A stretch of 40,513 bases of DNA from a virus (taxonomy: Duplodnaviria > Caudoviricetes): positions 1 to 40,513 of the IMG/VR virus record IMGVR_UViG_3300027838_000014. One strand, 5' to 3'. The position numbers were made by a program, and so were the translations under genes. Below the pieces are notes generated by a model. The model saw only the letters and a program-made list of their open reading frames with translations. It had not been told where the DNA came from and did not search any database. Shown one piece after another: positions 10,313-18,764 of the stretch (within the stretch, counting starts at the first letter, position 1; every line of letters begins with the position of its first letter).

Positions 10313-10647
10313 AGTTAGATAAAGAGTTAGTGTCGATTGGTTTCGGGTGGCTTGTGATCGTAGTCGCAGTGTTGATCGTATTCACTGCTGGCTGTGAAGT
10401 CGTAAGAGAAGTGGTGCTCGATCCGGCGGGTACTCCCACTGGCGTTGAGCGGGTTGTGGTTGAGGGACCGGGTGGTGACATGGTGGCAGTCACTCACGAA
10501 GTTATCGAACGGCTCGCCCCTCTGCTACCGGAGCCTTGGAACACAATCTTGACAGCGCTGGCCGCAGGTTTCACCGCCGTGTTCGGATCCTGGGTGTTTA
10601 GGTCTAAGAAGGACAAGAAGGATACCCTTTACAGAGAGAAGAAGTAA
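10309..10647 (+). CDS. Putative lipoprotein with C-terminal TM helix (u-spanin-like topology)
   Basis: Hydrophobic signal ending in TAG-C29, a second hydrophobic helix WNTILTALAAGFTAVFGSWVF and a basic tail. AAGGAG RBS and ATGA overlap. Confidence 0.45.
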   Translation: MKLDKELVSIGFGWLVIVVAVLIVFTAGCEVVREVVLDPAGTPTGVERVVVEGPGGDMVAVTHEVIERLAPLLPEPWNTILTALAAGFTAVFGSWVFRSKKDKKDTLYREKK

Positions 10648-11453
10648 TGTCTATTGTAGGCAAGGCTCTGCGGTCCCTCATGAAGGTGGCCCCTGCTGGT
10701 GGTCGTACCCGTACGTCCAGGAAACTACGTGGCATTGCTGCTGTTAGGAAGGATAAACTCAAGAAGTTTAAATCCCTGCGCAATGAAATGGACGAGGTGG
10801 TGGGGGCTAACCCGTCTCAGGGGTTCAAGGATATGCGAGCCCAACTGGACGTGGCGATAAAGGATAGAAGCCCCTCGATTGCCAGCCTCAAGCGGAGGTT
10901 TGCTACGAAGAAGTACAGGAAGGGGCCACCGGGTCGGAGTCTACACATGATAAAACTAGAAGACGCACAAGGATCGTTGCACACATTGCCTCCTGGATGG
11001 GGGCGAGCGGAGCGGCTTGATAGGCGTGCGTCAGAGGCCCAGCGTAACGTTCGTATCGGAATGAACAAGGCCCGCAAAGAATACAACAATCACAAGGACT
11101 TCATCAGCCAGTACGACCACTTCGGAGGTCCAGGTAAGGTCACACTATCCGAAGCCATGCAACCGTTAGAGATCGGAGAGATGCTACTGCCTGAACAAGC
11201 ACTCATGAGGTATGGACGGGAACTCTTTAGTATCAAGCACAACATGGGCGTTGAGATGCAAGTCTTCAAGCAACTGACTGACGGGTTCGGTACGCTGTTC
11301 GATGCGGGTACGAAGAGGGGCGGGATCGACCCGGCGCCTGCACGTATGGCACATAGACTCCAGCGCATGAAGAGGCGAGCAGTGAAGAAGAAGGTTAAAC
11401 AGGCTGCCTTCGTAGGTGCTGGCGCATACGCAGCAACAAGAGAGAAGCACTAA
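10647..11453 (+). CDS. Basic hypothetical protein (termini similar to 11453-12511)
   Basis: 268 aa, K/R-rich, TAATG-coupled on both sides. Confidence 0.75.
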   Translation: MSIVGKALRSLMKVAPAGGRTRTSRKLRGIAAVRKDKLKKFKSLRNEMDEVVGANPSQGFKDMRAQLDVAIKDRSPSIASLKRRFATKKYRKGPPGRSLHMIKLEDAQGSLHTLPPGWGRAERLDRRASEAQRNVRIGMNKARKEYNNHKDFISQYDHFGGPGKVTLSEAMQPLEIGEMLLPEQALMRYGRELFSIKHNMGVEMQVFKQLTDGFGTLFDAGTKRGGIDPAPARMAHRLQRMKRRAVKKKVKQAAFVGAGAYAATREKH

Positions 11454-12511
11454 TGTCTATCATACGCAAGGCACTAAGAGGGCTTGGCATGGGTCTGGGC
11501 AGGAGTAGGGCCTCAAAGAAACTACGTGCAGTTCGCCGTGGTGCCACCTCTAAGCCCAGCCTCAAGAGCAAGTACGGTGCGAAGACACCTCGTACCTCCA
11601 AGGATATAGGCTGGACACCTAGTTCCTCCAAGGATATAGGTGTGAGACACCACAGAGGCACAAGCGTGACCTATGACCCCGACCTTCTTTCCATGAACCT
11701 TATAGCCAACGACTTCCCCGTCTCACAGATGGGCCGGGCTGCTAAAGGGCTGCCGATGCACACCCAGTCAACTATTGAGGAAGATTTCGGACGTGCGCTG
11801 GCGAAGTTGGTTGGGCGGCCTATTCCCAAGAGATCCCCTCGGGGCATCGGAGACTATGTGGAAGGAAACGTTAAGGAATGGCTCGACAAGGCAGGGATAC
11901 AGCACCCAGTTCACGAGAGGACTTGGGAAACATTCGCTGGGGCAGCGCATGATCAGTCGGTTTCACTACGCAAGTTCTTCAATGAGTCAGCGAGGATTAC
12001 TGGACAATCGAAACCCGACAGTCAAGTCGTAACAGATATGATAGAGGGGCTAGCCAGGAGCCATGGTAGAATGTCGGGCCCTCGTGATGCACTACAGAAC
12101 CCGTTCGAGGGCATGCAGAATATAGTACACCGTGCATTAGAGAAACAGAAGCGACCCGAGTTGCGAGTCTCTGCCATGAATAAGTACCACGGACCGTCGT
12201 TTGATGCGCCGAGCATGCCGGGACCCAGGGGTCACCTCAATACCCCCGCACCTAGTCTTAAGTTAGATACTGAGTTCAATAAGGCAATGATCCCCCATGG
12301 AGGGACGCCCTCCGAAGTAACGCTGAAACAGTTTGGTAAGCCCTTAATGAGATGGTCCAGCCGACCGATGCAGTTGTCCGAAAGGCTACGTAGTTTCAAG
12401 AAGCAGAAGGCTAAGACACGTGCGAAGAAGGCTGCACAAATTGGCATGTATGCCGCAGCGGCGTACGGTACGGCTAGGTCTATCGGTTCGACACGTAAAG
12501 GCAGGGAGTAG
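11453..12511 (+). CDS. Basic hypothetical protein (termini similar to 10647-11453)
   Basis: 352 aa, TAATG-coupled, with an internal 30-bp-period duplication at 11584-11640. Confidence 0.75.
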   Translation: MSIIRKALRGLGMGLGRSRASKKLRAVRRGATSKPSLKSKYGAKTPRTSKDIGWTPSSSKDIGVRHHRGTSVTYDPDLLSMNLIANDFPVSQMGRAAKGLPMHTQSTIEEDFGRALAKLVGRPIPKRSPRGIGDYVEGNVKEWLDKAGIQHPVHERTWETFAGAAHDQSVSLRKFFNESARITGQSKPDSQVVTDMIEGLARSHGRMSGPRDALQNPFEGMQNIVHRALEKQKRPELRVSAMNKYHGPSFDAPSMPGPRGHLNTPAPSLKLDTEFNKAMIPHGGTPSEVTLKQFGKPLMRWSSRPMQLSERLRSFKKQKAKTRAKKAAQIGMYAAAAYGTARSIGSTRKGRE

Positions 12512-13284
12512 TGCCTCAGCATAAGTGGAAGCCTTACAAGTGGTTGCCTGAGCGTAAGAAAGAGCCAGCCCACCGCAACATACTTGCGTCACTCCAGCAC
12601 ATAGAGAATGTCGGCAGGACCAAGGAACCAGCCTTTAAGGAGAAGGAACATAACAAGCCACCCTGGAACGTAATCATGTATGGCACACCCGAACAGGGCA
12701 GGCTTGAGAGAAAGGCAGCACTCCATGCCTTCACTGCAAACATGAGCCCACAAGACATATCCAAACTAGCACCCATGGTGGCGGCAGCGAGGGGCTACGA
12801 GGGAGGCGGACAGTACAACCCAGTCACCGGAGAAGGTGGGAGCCCAAGGCACGGTAATATCATGGGTGAACTGGACACAAGAGCAAAAGACGTCCCATTT
12901 AAGGGTTGGACGGATCCTGGTGCAAGCATGGCTAGCCTCTTGCAAGGGGCACTGATGAGGACACAGTTCGGGTGGGCGTCGAAGGCTACTCAGAATAGAC
13001 TAAACGAAGCACGTGATGCAGGCCGACCTACTGGTGTTGCGGATATATTTCATGCGTTTGTTATACGCCGCACGCCTGCAAATGAGAGGGCTAGGGATAC
13101 TGACCCGGGTGGTATCAATGTAAACGCATTGCCAGGGGGTGGCGCACGGCTGGCGGACATACTCAAGAAGCAGAAGGAGATCGACCGCTTCTGGAATAGC
13201 CAACCCAAGCCTAATAGTGGACAACTGCGGGGGATTCAGAGGTTTAGGGAGAAGGAACGACAGCGTGCCTTCGGTGCAAAGTAG
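12511..13284 (+). CDS. Hypothetical protein, last gene of the late operon
   Basis: 257 aa, GTG start overlapping the previous stop (TAGTG), GGGAG RBS. Confidence 0.7.
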   Translation: MPQHKWKPYKWLPERKKEPAHRNILASLQHIENVGRTKEPAFKEKEHNKPPWNVIMYGTPEQGRLERKAALHAFTANMSPQDISKLAPMVAAARGYEGGGQYNPVTGEGGSPRHGNIMGELDTRAKDVPFKGWTDPGASMASLLQGALMRTQFGWASKATQNRLNEARDAGRPTGVADIFHAFVIRRTPANERARDTDPGGINVNALPGGGARLADILKKQKEIDRFWNSQPKPNSGQLRGIQRFREKERQRAFGAK

Positions 13285-13315
13285 GGAGAGGCCGATTGGT
13301 ATTCAGCCCCTCCCT
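13283..13315 (-). terminator. GC-rich hairpin between convergent operons
   Basis: On the - strand AGGGAGGGGCTGA pairs with TCGGCCTCTCCCT, including two G-U pairs. The U-tract is weak. It fills the gap between convergent stop codons. Confidence 0.55.
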
Positions 13316-13320
13316 GTCCC

Positions 13321-13872
13321 TTATCTTCTGCGAGTCGTTGCGTGACTGAGCCTGTCGTTCCCTGACACAGCCCCACTCACCCCAGAAGCCTCGTTGCCAT
13401 CGTCGTCCGTGTCAACAGACACACCGCACAGCCCCTGCACCAGCCACCGCCTTGCGTACGTGTGGAAGGAGGCAAACTGGTGGACACCTGTCTGCTTCGG
13501 GCAATGCACCGCAGATTCCCGGGTATCAGTGCCGTATGCCAGTACCGCTGTGATGTAGTGTCCGTCACGCTCACGCTTGTTACGCACGACAGTACTCGAC
13601 GACCCGTCAGTGTGATTGATCTGCTCTTCCTCCACGTAGTCCATGTAAGAAGGTGACACCTCAGTGTGCAGTGATAGCCCATGCCTGGACAGCACCTTAC
13701 GCACGCTCTTGAGCAATGCGCCAAGGCTTACGTACTTACTACTGAAGTGCGAGTTCTCCATGTCAGCAGTAGCATCAGCCAACTCACCCTGCGCCAAGGC
13801 CAGTGCCTCGGTTAGGTTCTCAGGCATTGCCACCTTTGCCTTCTGGGTTTGACTCTCTCTCTTCTGCGTCAT
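13321..13872 (-). CDS. erf: ERF-family single-strand annealing protein
   Basis: NSHFSSKYVSL motif and the ERF signature TYARRW...GVSVDTDDDG. Confidence 0.9.
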   Translation of the reverse strand: MTQKRESQTQKAKVAMPENLTEALALAQGELADATADMENSHFSSKYVSLGALLKSVRKVLSRHGLSLHTEVSPSYMDYVEEEQINHTDGSSSTVVRNKRERDGHYITAVLAYGTDTRESAVHCPKQTGVHQFASFHTYARRWLVQGLCGVSVDTDDDGNEASGVSGAVSGNDRLSHATTRRR

Positions 13873-13874
13873 AA

Positions 13875-14207
13875 CTAATCCTCCATATCTCCAAGGGCCT
13901 CTCTCAGCCCGTCCTTTAATGTAGTCAATAACTTCTCCGTATCTGCAACTTCACGGAAACACCTGTCGAAGTCGTCGGTGACCTCCAACTGTGTTTCCCC
14001 TATGACAAGGTGAGTCTCCAATGACTCAGTCTCAATCTTACCGAACCAGTTGACATTCACCGTCACTGTCAGTTCAGCGTACTGCTTGCCAACACCGTTC
14101 ACTATCTCTCGAAGCCTCGCCTCGTTGTCAAGATCCTTGAAGGCACGCAGTAGTTCCTCCCGGTATGGCAGTTGATCTTCACTGGAATCAAAGTCACGAT
14201 CAATCAC
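13875..14207 (-). CDS. Acidic hypothetical protein
   Basis: 110 aa, GAGG RBS, packed between yqaJ and erf. Confidence 0.7.
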   Translation of the reverse strand: MIDRDFDSSEDQLPYREELLRAFKDLDNEARLREIVNGVGKQYAELTVTVNVNWFGKIETESLETHLVIGETQLEVTDDFDRCFREVADTEKLLTTLKDGLREALGDMED

Positions 14208-15069
14208 TTGGATCCTCCTTGATCTTAAGGGATCGGTAAGTAGCCTCGGGTACCTCCTTAGTGTATCCCTTGCGCTTGCTTTTGTGGTACCTCAACACCC
14301 CGCCGTCATAACTACCCACCTCTGCATCTCCAAGGCTCTCAAGCAACTTCATCTTCGCTTGCTTCAGCACCTTGGCAGACTCACGGTGGACCGCAGTTGC
14401 CGCTTGGTACTCAGCAACCAACTTGTCGTCTACTGCTACCACCTTGCCAGGCATACGCTTCATGCGCTGTATGGTACGTGGCGCTGGCACAGTATGGGCA
14501 GGCGGCACCCCAGCAAGGACGTTATCCTTCCAGAAGTCACCGCACTGCTCAACTAGCCTGCTGATTATGTCCTCGTCACGATCAACCACGTATAGTTTGA
14601 ATGCTAGTACGTAGTCAGGCATAAGGCACGGCACCCACACACGCTCAAGGCCAGTGACAAACATCTGCCACTGCACCTGAGCAATGTAGTATATGGGTAT
14701 CTGGTCAGTCCGCTCTTCACCCCAGCCATCGCACATACTGGTAGTCTTTGCTTCTATGCCTTCATTGCCTCCGATAATCAGTGCATCCATAGTGGAACTA
14801 GCCCACTTGTGATCCTTATGCACCCTGAACTGGTTGCGCTTGACCTTGACACCGAGCGATTGGGCTGCGAAATCTATTACAGAATCCTCAAGAAGTACGC
14901 CAGCCTGTATCGCCTTGTTCACTGTGTCCTTGGTGTCCTCAAACGCAGCGGTCTTGTCGTAGTACACGTCAGACGCTGTCTTCCACGGGCTTACACCTAT
15001 GATTGCCGGGACGTCAGAGGCACCGATATATCTCTTGCGCCTTTTACGATGTGTTCCTGTTAATGACAC
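14200..15069 (-). CDS. yqaJ: YqaJ-like viral recombinase exonuclease (lambda Exo family)
   Basis: RKRYIGASDVPAIIGVSPWKT, G..LED, STMDA, IEAKT and YYIAQVQWQMFVTG motifs. Confidence 0.93.
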   Translation of the reverse strand: MSLTGTHRKRRKRYIGASDVPAIIGVSPWKTASDVYYDKTAAFEDTKDTVNKAIQAGVLLEDSVIDFAAQSLGVKVKRNQFRVHKDHKWASSTMDALIIGGNEGIEAKTTSMCDGWGEERTDQIPIYYIAQVQWQMFVTGLERVWVPCLMPDYVLAFKLYVVDRDEDIISRLVEQCGDFWKDNVLAGVPPAHTVPAPRTIQRMKRMPGKVVAVDDKLVAEYQAATAVHRESAKVLKQAKMKLLESLGDAEVGSYDGGVLRYHKSKRKGYTKEVPEATYRSLKIKEDPSD

Positions 15070-15086
15070 GACTCTTACTCCTTCGG

Positions 15087-15251
15087 TTACGTATCTGAAT
15101 CCGTGCAGTACCCAATGAGACAGGTTACAATGACACTAGACACTATGAGTGCTAGTGCCTGGAATATAACCTGCTCACTGGAGAACCACATCGCAAGGGG
15201 AAGAACGGTCACGCACAGGAACAACATTACTATTGCCCCTGAGAAATACAA
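15087..15251 (-). CDS. 54-aa two-TM membrane protein (below the ORF-track cutoff)
   Basis: Manual translation: TTG start after GAGGAGG gives MYFSGAIVMLFLCVTVLPLAMWFSSEQVIFQALALIVSSVIVTCLIGYCTDSDT*. It exactly fills the gap between two - strand genes. Confidence 0.6.
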   Translation of the reverse strand: MYFSGAIVMLFLCVTVLPLAMWFSSEQVIFQALALIVSSVIVTCLIGYCTDSDT

Positions 15252-15698
15252 CTACGCCTCCTCGCTCTTCATTAGCCAACGACTGTAGTCCGATACGAGC
15301 GAGACAACCTCGTCCTCTAAGACCCAGTCGCCTTGACGAGTACCGAGGTCCACACTTGAGTCTTCGTTGTCCGATAGCAACAGCGCAGTTGAGTACCTGA
15401 TCAGCCTGTCCAGTTGAGGCGAGCACTTGCCTGTCTCGTAGTTGGAGACGGTCAACTTGGACACCCCGCACAAATCAGCAGCCTTCTCCTGAGTGAGGCC
15501 GTGCTGCTTACGCAACTGTCGCAGAGGATTGAACTCACCGTGACGCTTCATCTTGATCACACGCTTGACTTCCTCAATGTCAAAGGTTCCGTCTTCGTCT
15601 GAGAGTTGGCTCAATATCCCGGCCAACTGACGAGACCTGTAGTCTAGCCCCTCCCTGGTATCCGAACCGCTCACCTTCGTGGCTTCAACGCTTTCCAT
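15252..15698 (-). CDS. XRE/Cro-C1 HTH transcriptional regulator
   Basis: LRQLRKQHGLTQEKAADLCGVSKLTVSNYETGKCSP. Confidence 0.85.
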   Translation of the reverse strand: MESVEATKVSGSDTREGLDYRSRQLAGILSQLSDEDGTFDIEEVKRVIKMKRHGEFNPLRQLRKQHGLTQEKAADLCGVSKLTVSNYETGKCSPQLDRLIRYSTALLLSDNEDSSVDLGTRQGDWVLEDEVVSLVSDYSRWLMKSEEA

Positions 15699-15916
15699 AA
15701 CTCATACTCCCTTATCAATCGCATAGGCTCCACGCCGTACAGCATGGACAACCTTGTTAGTTTGTCAGTGGAGCAGCGCAACTTACACCGCTCATAATCA
15801 CTGACCGTCTGTAGTGACAGGCCCATTGCCCGCCCTACTTCTGCCAATGTCAGCCCCTTAAGTTTGCGGAACTCCCACAACGGAGACAATGATCTCCACG
15901 TGTCTGTGTTGTGCAA
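15671..15916 (-). CDS. XRE/Cro-C1 HTH transcriptional regulator
   Basis: FRKLKGLTLAEVGRAMGLSLQTVSDYER. GGGGAGG RBS before the TTG start. Confidence 0.85.
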   Translation of the reverse strand: MHNTDTWRSLSPLWEFRKLKGLTLAEVGRAMGLSLQTVSDYERCKLRCSTDKLTRLSMLYGVEPMRLIREYELWKALKPRR

Positions 15917-16004
15917 GGTAATACCTCCCCTCTTGCAACCCTAACAGGCTGACCCTACTCCCGTGTTAATGGCTAGTTATGTCATGCTATGTGGAATAGG
16001 AAGG

Positions 16005-16131
16005 GGGGGCAGGACCAACCATGACCCTTTTCCCCTGGTTAAACCAATAAACCCCAGGAAGTGATCACACTTGCTCGTGTCCTGCCCCCGTGGAAAGGAG
16101 AGTTTCAGTCAGACCGTCATGGTTGGTCCTG
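16005..16131. repeat. Intergenic element with 16-bp perfect inverted repeat
   Basis: CAGGACCAACCATGAC (16010-16025) pairs with GTCATGGTTGGTCCTG (16116-16131). A nested GGGGGCAGGAC/GTCCTGCCCCC pair lies at ~16005 and ~16079. Confidence 0.85.
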
Positions 16132-16132
16132 G

Positions 16133-16396
16133 CTAAGACTCACCCCCGCTAAGAATGTCCTCCAGTCTGCGCCCCAAATCTAGCAGCACTTCAGGGCTCA
16201 CGTCCAGGTCCGGTATCGAATGGCTCAACATGACCACGTTAATACCAGCCTTCACTAGCACTATCCTTGCCACCTCTAGGGCCAGCAAGAGATCGTCGTC
16301 GTCAATCAGGTTGCGGATAGGTTCGGTCGGGTCACCGGGCAACGGATCGTCGCTAGGCATACCCGTCCATGTCCCGTCCTCGTGACGCTCAGGCAT
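16133..16396 (-). CDS. Hypothetical protein
   Basis: 87 aa, start overlaps the stop of the GP88-like gene. Confidence 0.6.
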   Translation of the reverse strand: MPERHEDGTWTGMPSDDPLPGDPTEPIRNLIDDDDLLLALEVARIVLVKAGINVVMLSHSIPDLDVSPEVLLDLGRRLEDILSGGES

Positions 16397-17375
16397 TGTA
16401 TCCCACTCTCTGCACGAACTCCGTCAGGTTGTCGAACATGAACCGTGAGTTCTTGTCCCGTTTAGCCGGACGACCAAGTGGCTTCAAGCACACGAGGCTA
16501 CTGCTAGGGTCAAGTCCCCTCGAATCATTCGTCGTGCCGTCAATCAGAGTGTATCCGATCTCACCCACTAGGTCAAGCGCCGGGTCGTCATGAATATCAG
16601 GGAACTCACGGAACACCGCAGCCACGTTGCCGACCTGCGTAGACAAGACATTCTTAGTCCACCTATCCCTACTCCCCGCACTGAACGTCAGTTTGTAGTT
16701 GGAAGGGAACGTACTCCCCTCAATGTACTGAACCATGCGGTGGTAGTCTTTCGTGTAATCAAAGAACTTCACTGTCGATAGGGTCCTGTTGAAGTATGCG
16801 ATAGGGCTATACTCGTCACTGTACCAGTCAAGGTCGCTACCCCCGTTGAGCCTGACCCATAGGTCTAACTCTCCAGGCTTGTAGCGTACCCCGTCCTTGG
16901 TAAAGCCACGGTCAGCCTTACGCTTGACTTCCAGTACCTCACACACAAGGCTCTCGTAAAAGAACTCCTTGTCTGCTATGTACAAGAGCGTCTTCAACGC
17001 CTCGTAGATATGAAGGTCACGGTACTGCAACCTGCCTGCGTACTGTGCTAGGCATACAAACTTACAAGTACAGGCGTACTCGCAAGCGTTGAACGACCTG
17101 ACCTTATCAAGCAGGCCCTTGCAGTCCACGCCAGTAGCAGAGGCAACAGCAGCAACTAGACGCTTCCCAAGTGAGGTTCCTAGTGGCTCGTGATCCCCGG
17201 CCTCCGAGAAGAACACCATACGATAGAGTGACCTCTCAGGTGACAGGTACATGACTGGTGTCAGCACGCCACCCTTCAAGGACTTCTCTACCTTGAGGCT
17301 AGTGCCTAAGAGATTCTGAAGAACGAATGGTCTCCCGCCTGCTTGACGGAAGACATTAGGTACTTCCACATACAT
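16389..17375 (-). CDS. GP88-like phage protein (Cys-cluster)
   Basis: MYLSP, NACEYACTCKFVCL..AGR, VRLNGGSDLDW, FFDYTK, NYKLTFS, NVAAVF and IDG..D.R..D motifs typical of the GP88 family. Confidence 0.8.
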   Translation of the reverse strand: MYVEVPNVFRQAGGRPFVLQNLLGTSLKVEKSLKGGVLTPVMYLSPERSLYRMVFFSEAGDHEPLGTSLGKRLVAAVASATGVDCKGLLDKVRSFNACEYACTCKFVCLAQYAGRLQYRDLHIYEALKTLLYIADKEFFYESLVCEVLEVKRKADRGFTKDGVRYKPGELDLWVRLNGGSDLDWYSDEYSPIAYFNRTLSTVKFFDYTKDYHRMVQYIEGSTFPSNYKLTFSAGSRDRWTKNVLSTQVGNVAAVFREFPDIHDDPALDLVGEIGYTLIDGTTNDSRGLDPSSSLVCLKPLGRPAKRDKNSRFMFDNLTEFVQRVGYNA

Positions 17376-17440
17376 GACTCTACTCCTTTCCAGAGTATTC
17401 TATTACTCCCGGTGGGGTGTCATGTTAGATAGCAGAGGGT

Positions 17441-17487
17441 TAGGCAGGGGCACACGCCAGGTATCAGCCGCATGATACCCCTGCCTA
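17441..17487. promoter_or_regulatory. Intergenic bulged stem-loop
   Basis: Outer stem TAGGCAGGG/CCCTGCCTA and inner stem GTATCA/TGATAC, separated by a one-sided ~10-nt bulge. Confidence 0.6.
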
Positions 17488-17492
17488 TTAGA

Positions 17493-18737
17493 TTACCCTA
17501 ACTCTCCGTCTACGGTGTGCCCGTAGTTCTGTGTGTCCGACCCGAAGACCAACGGCACGTAATGGGACGCCCGACTGGCACCACACGACATCAGGTAACT
17601 GTTCTCAGTGTCAGAAGCCGCACGATCCTTCACCATATCCAGCGTCTCGACCAACCTCCGCACCCTATTCGGATTGGGCACGTAGCCCTTCGCCGTGGCA
17701 CCAAGGTATGACGTCAAGCACTGGCGTAAACCATACGCAGTGTGTCCACCGTCCTCCGTTAGCGAAGTCATTCGGCTCTCGTATCCCACTCGCAGTGCCT
17801 CGGGGGCACCGTGCTGTTTCGCCCAGTCCGAGACAACTTGTACTGTCTTGCTCAGCGACTTACCTGAGCACCGAACCGGAGACGCACTGATCACGTCCAG
17901 GAACTTGCCGCTTCGGACCTTACCCGGCGCTGGCGGCAGTGCAGTGACACCGTATGCGTCTTCTGTCATGCTCGGACGAGTTCTCCCAGTGGTACGGTCC
18001 AGCATTGGCGTCTTCGTCATCCAGTGCTGCCTTGCGGACAGTAACCTCAGACTTGTTACCTCTCCGTGGAGCACGTAGTGCAATGCTCTCGCAAACTGTG
18101 ACCGATCCAACATGATACCGTCGAGTCCCTCAATGCTGGTGTAGAACGCAGCCACTGTCGAGCGTATCTCTGCATTCGTAGGCATTTTCTTCCACAGGCT
18201 CGTCAAGTCGATCTGCCCACCCTTGTGAGTGACGGACCAGTTGAAGAGCGTGGTTGTGTCGAAGATCTCAAGGTTCAAACAAGATACCCTGAAGATCACA
18301 ACCTGGGCGTGGGCTCGACCCGTACCGAAGTAGTTATCGGTGACAACAAGGCTGACCTTGTAAAGATCGCCACGGCGTGGTGCCTCCGGGAGTGACACCA
18401 TGAGGTCAATCTTCATACTGACACTCACGGGCACCCTCTGATTAGCAACCTTACGCCATACGACCTTGCACTCAATGCTGCCCGGGTCGCCACCGTACTC
18501 TGACTGTAGAGCAGTCATGATCGGGCCGAACACCTCAACGGGGTCGAGCAACCTGTACCTTGTGGATACTGCTGCTGCTGACGCCGTCTCACCGTCCGGT
18601 GCCGTGTGCTTGATCAACCTTGAACCTGATTGGAGATACTCATTCCCTTCCATGTAATGAGCCGGGACAACCTCAAACGTGCCAACTCCGGCACCCTCCA
18701 GTGTGGACCTCAACTGATTGCTTATGCAATCCAACAT
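17493..18737 (-). CDS. DUF932/DUF945-like protein
   Basis: VSTRYRLL, DNYFGTG..FRVSCLN, VTHKG and C-terminal TAYGLRQCLT resemble DUF932 motifs. Start reassigned to ATG 18737 (GGAG RBS). Confidence 0.6.
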   Translation of the reverse strand: MLDCISNQLRSTLEGAGVGTFEVVPAHYMEGNEYLQSGSRLIKHTAPDGETASAAAVSTRYRLLDPVEVFGPIMTALQSEYGGDPGSIECKVVWRKVANQRVPVSVSMKIDLMVSLPEAPRRGDLYKVSLVVTDNYFGTGRAHAQVVIFRVSCLNLEIFDTTTLFNWSVTHKGGQIDLTSLWKKMPTNAEIRSTVAAFYTSIEGLDGIMLDRSQFARALHYVLHGEVTSLRLLSARQHWMTKTPMLDRTTGRTRPSMTEDAYGVTALPPAPGKVRSGKFLDVISASPVRCSGKSLSKTVQVVSDWAKQHGAPEALRVGYESRMTSLTEDGGHTAYGLRQCLTSYLGATAKGYVPNPNRVRRLVETLDMVKDRAASDTENSYLMSCGASRASHYVPLVFGSDTQNYGHTVDGELG

Positions 18738-18764
18738 GACTCTACTCCCTTCCAAGGAGTACCC

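Noticed and set aside
15252-15916. Lambda-like cI/cro lysogeny switch
   Set aside because: The two HTH genes are co-directional rather than divergent, lack a peptidase S24 domain, and no integrase was found.
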